From: Schmidtea polychroa
Taxonomy: Eukaryota
Direction: 5' to 3'
Length of the DNA stretch: 64,000 nt
Assembly (NCBI GenBank): GCA_044892525.1
Contig: CM097885.1
Span: 7,876,001 to 7,940,000 of the forward strand
The position numbers and the translations under genes are program-made. Below the pieces are notes generated by a model, which was not told where the DNA came from, ran no database searches, and saw only the letters and a list, made by a program, of their open reading frames with translations. This document shows positions 56,785 to 64,000 of this stretch, one piece after another. Positions within the stretch are counted from its first letter, which is position 1, and every line of letters starts with the position of its first letter.

Positions 56785-58199
56785 CGGTTAATATTTTAAT
56801 TTTAATATGGTAATTTTAATTATTTTAATTAAACATTATTTTTGATATTTTTAGATATTTTAAATTTGTGAAAGTTATTTAAATTAAACAATAATATATA
56901 TTCATATAAATATTCGAAAATATTTTCTTATTTCATGACTTCTCCCTTTTCTTTTTTTATGGAAGCTATCCATTTTACTTGTATCTGGGTACTTTGTTTT
57001 TATCTGTATTATAGACATTCTCCATTTTCTATGACAAAATTAATTTGAATTGTTCAACAGAGATATTCTAAAAAATATTTAAAAATCTTTATAACGACGT
57101 CTGGAACATCTGATGTGCTTATATATTTCGTTTATTAAATATTTTTAATTTATTTTTTTCGAGTGTACCTTAACTTTTGCTAATTTTTCATTATAGTAAT
57201 TGTTTGTTGTGGTTACACTGCGAGTTCTTTTGTTTTCAGTGACCTACTTTATTTTTTTAACCTTGTAAAACTTCCATGCTTAATACTTCGAACCTTTTCA
57301 ATTGAAAGAAGGCAATGCTATCAGAGTAAGTATGTATATGTTTTAAATTTTTTTAAATTTTTAAAAATTTTTTTTTTTTATATGTTTTGAATTATTTTTT
57401 TTTATATTATATAATTTTTTTAGTGTATCTTAAGATTTGGAATTCGGTATATCTGTTGATTTCAAATGTGACCTACATAACGTTACATTTGACCTAATTT
57501 TTTATTTATTTTTAAATGTAATCTACATAATTTTATTAGTAAATAATGAAAATAGATTATTATTTAAAATTTATTTATTTAAATTATGTAAAAATTTTAA
57601 TGAATTTCTAATTTCTATTATTATTAACAGACTGAAATATTTCTTTCAAGTGTAAAACAAATTATAAACTTATTATTTGTTTTAATGTGAAGATATTCAA
57701 AATAATTCTGTTAGATATTTTATATATAACTCTCTTAAAACAAAATTTATAATATGGAAATTATTAGCAAATCTCAAAAGGTAATTTTGCTTAAATGAAA
57801 CTCTTGAAACATCATAGTAGCTAAAGTTACATGTAAATCAAGCATTATTTTATGCCCGCAAAAAGGATATCAAAATGATCAAATAAAATTTAGTATTGGC
57901 AAGGAAATATTCAACAACATCAGTGAAAAATATTTTTGTGTCAATAACTTTTAAGGGAATTACTGAATTTATACATAAGGAGATTTTATTTAATACCAAT
58001 CCCAATTGTTATAGAAATTATTTCTAGGTAATTTATTTGTTATTATAGAAAGTCTGTATAATAGATTCCATCAAAGGAGAATAAGAATAAGATCAAAATA
58101 TTATTTGAATTAAAAATAAATTCTTTTTAAAACTGTTTAAAAATATAATTAAATTAATTTTTGATAAATTGTTGACAGTGGAATAATTAAAAATATAAT

Positions 58200-58836
58200 T
58201 AAAAATTATTAGAAGCTGCTAACACATCTTCTAAATTATTTTTTAAAATCTTGTTCAAAGGTTAACGTCATAATTCCAGGTCTTCTTTCTCTCACTACAT
58301 AGATCTCTTCTGCAACTATACGAGATTTGTGTAACTTCTTGATTTTTTTCTTCACTTCTGTTGTTTCTTTGGTGTCACTTAGAGACAATTCTCATTTTAA
58401 AGTCTTCTCGACTGCACAGTGTACCAGCAGATATTCTGTTAAACTTTCCTTGTTTAATTCATGCCCCAATATTTTATCTACTAACTCGTCTATGATAGCA
58501 AAATACTTATCGGGCTCCTCACTCGTCTGTCTATATGACATAGCACAACATATTTTAAAGAAATATTGTATAATTTCCAAACAAATTTTCAGCGTTGAAT
58601 AAAATATTTTAAAAACATTTTATTAAAATTTCGATATTTAAAATATATTTATTTAAAAATGATTTACTAATAAAAGCTAGTTTAATTTTTTTAAATTTTC
58701 AATTTAAAAAGTTTAATTTTAAAAATTCAATCTAAAAATGTTTTTAAAAGTTATTTTAAATAGTCAATTATTTATCATTTAAAATTATCTTAATAAATTA
58801 TTGAAATATTTAATTCTCAGCTGAAAACACCTCACA
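58200..58836 (-). mobile_element. Third copy of the 12031/13349 element end, with ~275 bp extra coding-like sequence
   Basis: Ends ...ctcagctgaaaacacctcaca; collinear with ~13010-13349 except an extra segment at ~58280-58560. Confidence 0.7.
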
Positions 58837-60317
58837 GAAATGTTTTCGTTTCTTAAAAATATTAAAACTATTTTTAATGTTTTTCTTTAAATTTCTCACA
58901 ATGAAAACAAAATAAAGTAGAGAATAAATTGAAAATTAATCAAAATTAATTAATTATTATTTAATTATAATATTTAATTATTACTTTTTGATTCATTTGT
59001 TTATATAAAATGTTTGAATATAGAAAAAGATTTAAGTAGAGAATTATGCGTTTTAATTTATACACCACTATGACATAAAAATAAATAATTATCTAAAGCT
59101 GAAATTTAAACATGTAGACAGCCGTCATTTTGACAGGTTACATCAAATTATTTAATAATGATTGAGTGATATGGGCATTTATATATATTTATACATCATT
59201 GTAATAAGTGTTTGTTACATAATAAATAATATTAAAAATCATAATGATATTAAATTAATTATTATTAATATTAATATAATTTATTATAATTATTATTAAC
59301 TTATTTAAAGTTTTGTATGAGAAAGATTAATTAGTGTAAAAATACTACCTCATTTTGGTCTATGTGAATCGTTCCAATCCGGCCGATGGGAAACGTCAAT
59401 TGTCAAACAAATATTTCAGAAAGTATAATTAAAAAATAATTTAATTCTCATAAAAATTATCAAATTACCAAACATAATTTGAGGTTTCTATCTGGCTAGG
59501 AAAACATTTCCTACAGATTTCATAATCCAGCATCCATTAGGTGAATTTTCTAAATCTACGAAAAGAAATTAGAAAGTTAATTGAAATGGAAATTAATGAA
59601 TACATCACTCAACTGAATTAGTTTGTTAAATTATTAATTTTTGTTTAATAATTTTTGTCAGAGAGGTGAGTTTTGATTTTATTTTGTTGTGGAAATCAGT
59701 TTAATAAATTGGTTGACATTGTTGGCCATTCGCTAATTTTACAAATTTTGCATTAATAATTTTTTATCAAAATGTTTTTAAAAAAATCAATTATTTTTAT
59801 GAAGTGTTACCAACATGTTTTAGATTAATTTTTTACATTTTAAAATCGAAAATAGTTAAATGATATTTTAGATTAATTTAATTGGTTAATTATTTTAATG
59901 AGTTTTTTGTAATTATTTATTATTCAATTCATTAAATAACAATTGTTAGAAAATAAATCTGTGTTCAATTAATATTTATTTGAAAATAAAGAGAAACAAA
60001 ATTGAAAATAGTTGACCATTAGTGAATAATATAAAAGTTTTTTTTGATAGCATGAGACAATTTTTAGTTTTAATATGTTCGACGATGGCAGGTAAATTGG
60101 ACATACATACATTTAGGTAATAAAAAAACAAAGTTGTATCTGAATATTTTTTGACAAACCAAATGGAACCTAGTAATTTGCAGAATTCACATAAATCAAC
60201 ATTTTTTGAGCGAAACTTTCTATAAGCTCTACATAAAATCTATCCTAATTACTTTGGTTAATTGTAAAATCAAATTTTCATTCGATACGAAACACATGGT
60301 ATGGGGATTGCAATATT

Positions 60318-62243
<1,926 letters not shown>

Positions 62244-63141
62244 TGTTATTATTTTTAAGTTCAAAGATCAATTTAATTGTAAGTTTTATAGTCTATTTTG
62301 TGGTACATAATTTAATTAATAATAATTAAAATCTAAAAATCTGTTCGTCAACATGTTAACTTCGTGGGAAATTATTTCATACATGCCTACTAAATTTTCA
62401 AATCTGACACTTATTTATAAATTCGATATAATTTACATTATAAATTTAATTATCTATTTATTGATATCTAATATACTTTGGAAAATTTATTAGCAAAAAT
62501 GTTATGTGTAATATAAAATTAATTAAATTATCTAATGCACATTGATTGCTTAAATGAAAATGTTTTTGATTTTGAATTTTTAATTTGACCAATTTCCTTA
62601 AAAATTTGAACAAGTAGCATATCGAGTATGCTGATCAAAATTATTGTTATCAGTTATTAACATTACATGAACACGATATTCTTGAATTTAAAATGCAATA
62701 AAATTAAAAGAATAATAATATTTTGTCGGAATTTATCAATTTGAGTTACAAAAATTTGAAATTAATTCCAGCAGAAATATTTTTTGATTAAAATATTTTT
62801 ATAAGACTTAAAAAATCATCTATGTTCTCTAGATATGTGAGTGAATATGTATGTTTGTCCATAATGTAATAAGGCCCCTATTGATGGTTTTCAAATTTTT
62901 TTAAAGTCATTATGTATTATCATAGTGAGAGAATTATGCATTTTGATTGATAAAATATGATGTATAAACAAATGTTCAACATTTTTGGCGAGGTTTTGCT
63001 ACTACTTTGCATAAATTAACTTAATGAGCAATTAGTTTGTAGATATTTTTTAGATACATTAATTTCTCGTAATTTATTTGTCATTATATAGGTGTAAATA
63101 GTAGTTATTAAAATTTAAATATTATTAACATTCACGACGGA

Positions 63142-63196
<55 letters not shown>

Positions 63197-63367
63197 TATA
63201 TTGATAATATATAAACAAATTATAAAATACATAAGTTTTAAATTATAAATAAAAATTTTCAATAATCAATTATATTAAAAATTTTGAAATTATTAAAAAT
63301 ATTATTTTAATTATTTTTTTTAATTATTTAACATAACTATTATTAATATACATCAACATACAAAAAC

Positions 63368-63600
63368 TTAATTAAAAACATTCAACACACAAGTATTCAC
63401 TGCATTCTGCACATTGATTTTAGGATTAAAGGTTCTTATCAATAATGCTTCACATATCACACGCTCAACACAATTATCAAACTTTTTTGATAAGATTTTA
63501 AAATCAGACATTCCTAATTCTCTCATACACACTTTATTGTGATCCTTAATATTGGACACTCCCTTCGGTCGACAGTGTTCTTGAACTTGAGTACAGAGAT
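63368..63600 (-). mobile_element. PLE GIY-YIG C-terminal fragment
   Basis: NIKDH..ICEALLIRTFNPKINVQNAVNT; same family as 52120. Confidence 0.75.
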
Positions 63601-63756
63601 GACACGTGAATCAATATTCAACGAAAAAGGAAGTTGAGAACAAATAATTTCAAAAAATAGTAATATATAAAAAATATATATATAATATATATAATATATA
63701 TAATATATAATATATATAATATATATAATATATATAATATATATATAATATATATA

Positions 63757-63789
<33 letters not shown>

Positions 63790-64000
63790 TAAATTGCTTT
63801 CCAGAATTTCAAGGGAATGTTTTGTCAAAAAATTCAAGCAAAAATTATACATTTTATTAGAGTAAATTTTCTTTAGAGGCAAAAACGAAACAAAAAATGG
63901 AAATTGGCAGTCACGAGAACTTTTGTCAAAATATTGTAATAATTTAATAGCATGCGTACTAGATTAGCAATCAGTTTCGAATTCAAAAATATTTGGTGGA

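Noticed and set aside
57286..57332. Possible third Ig exon (FEPFQLKEGNAIR followed by gtaagt)
   Set aside because: In-frame TAA two codons upstream with no acceptor AG between; not supportable.
59652..59672. Possible microexon cag|agag|gtgagt
   Set aside because: Only 4 nt, would shift the frame, and there is no independent evidence.

Overview
Very AT-rich eukaryotic (animal) genomic DNA with long (TA)n and (TAA)n tracts. The repeat content and composition suggest a planarian-like flatworm, but that is an inference. One clear host gene is present: the 5' part of a nephrin/Kirrel(Neph)-family Ig-superfamily adhesion gene on +, with coding exons at 30844-31246 and 51318-51497 split by a ~20-kb phase-1 intron. 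Most of the rest is transposon debris: Penelope-like (PLE) RT/GIY-YIG fragments, a decayed Ty3/Gypsy pol with its 3' LTR, a deleted Tigger/pogo, hAT MITEs with 8-bp TSDs, TTAA piggyBac-type MITEs and a possible Polinton end. Four things stand out. (1) Two compact cassettes each combine a CpG-rich alternating-orientation motif array, a ~50-nt 5'UTR intron-like segment, a different N-terminus, the same truncated proteasome alpha1 (PSMA6) fragment and AATAAA. (2) A third chimera fuses a proteasome alpha3-like fragment in frame to actin pieces. (3) Two families of ~200-bp hairpin elements carry a minimal hammerhead-like motif (U3-A8 variant core) in the loop, with 12-17-bp TSDs; a canonical minimal hammerhead is also present. 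(4) Insertions flanked by long direct duplications recur, including a 1.5-kb inverted templated copy. All calls are by eye; no searches were run.
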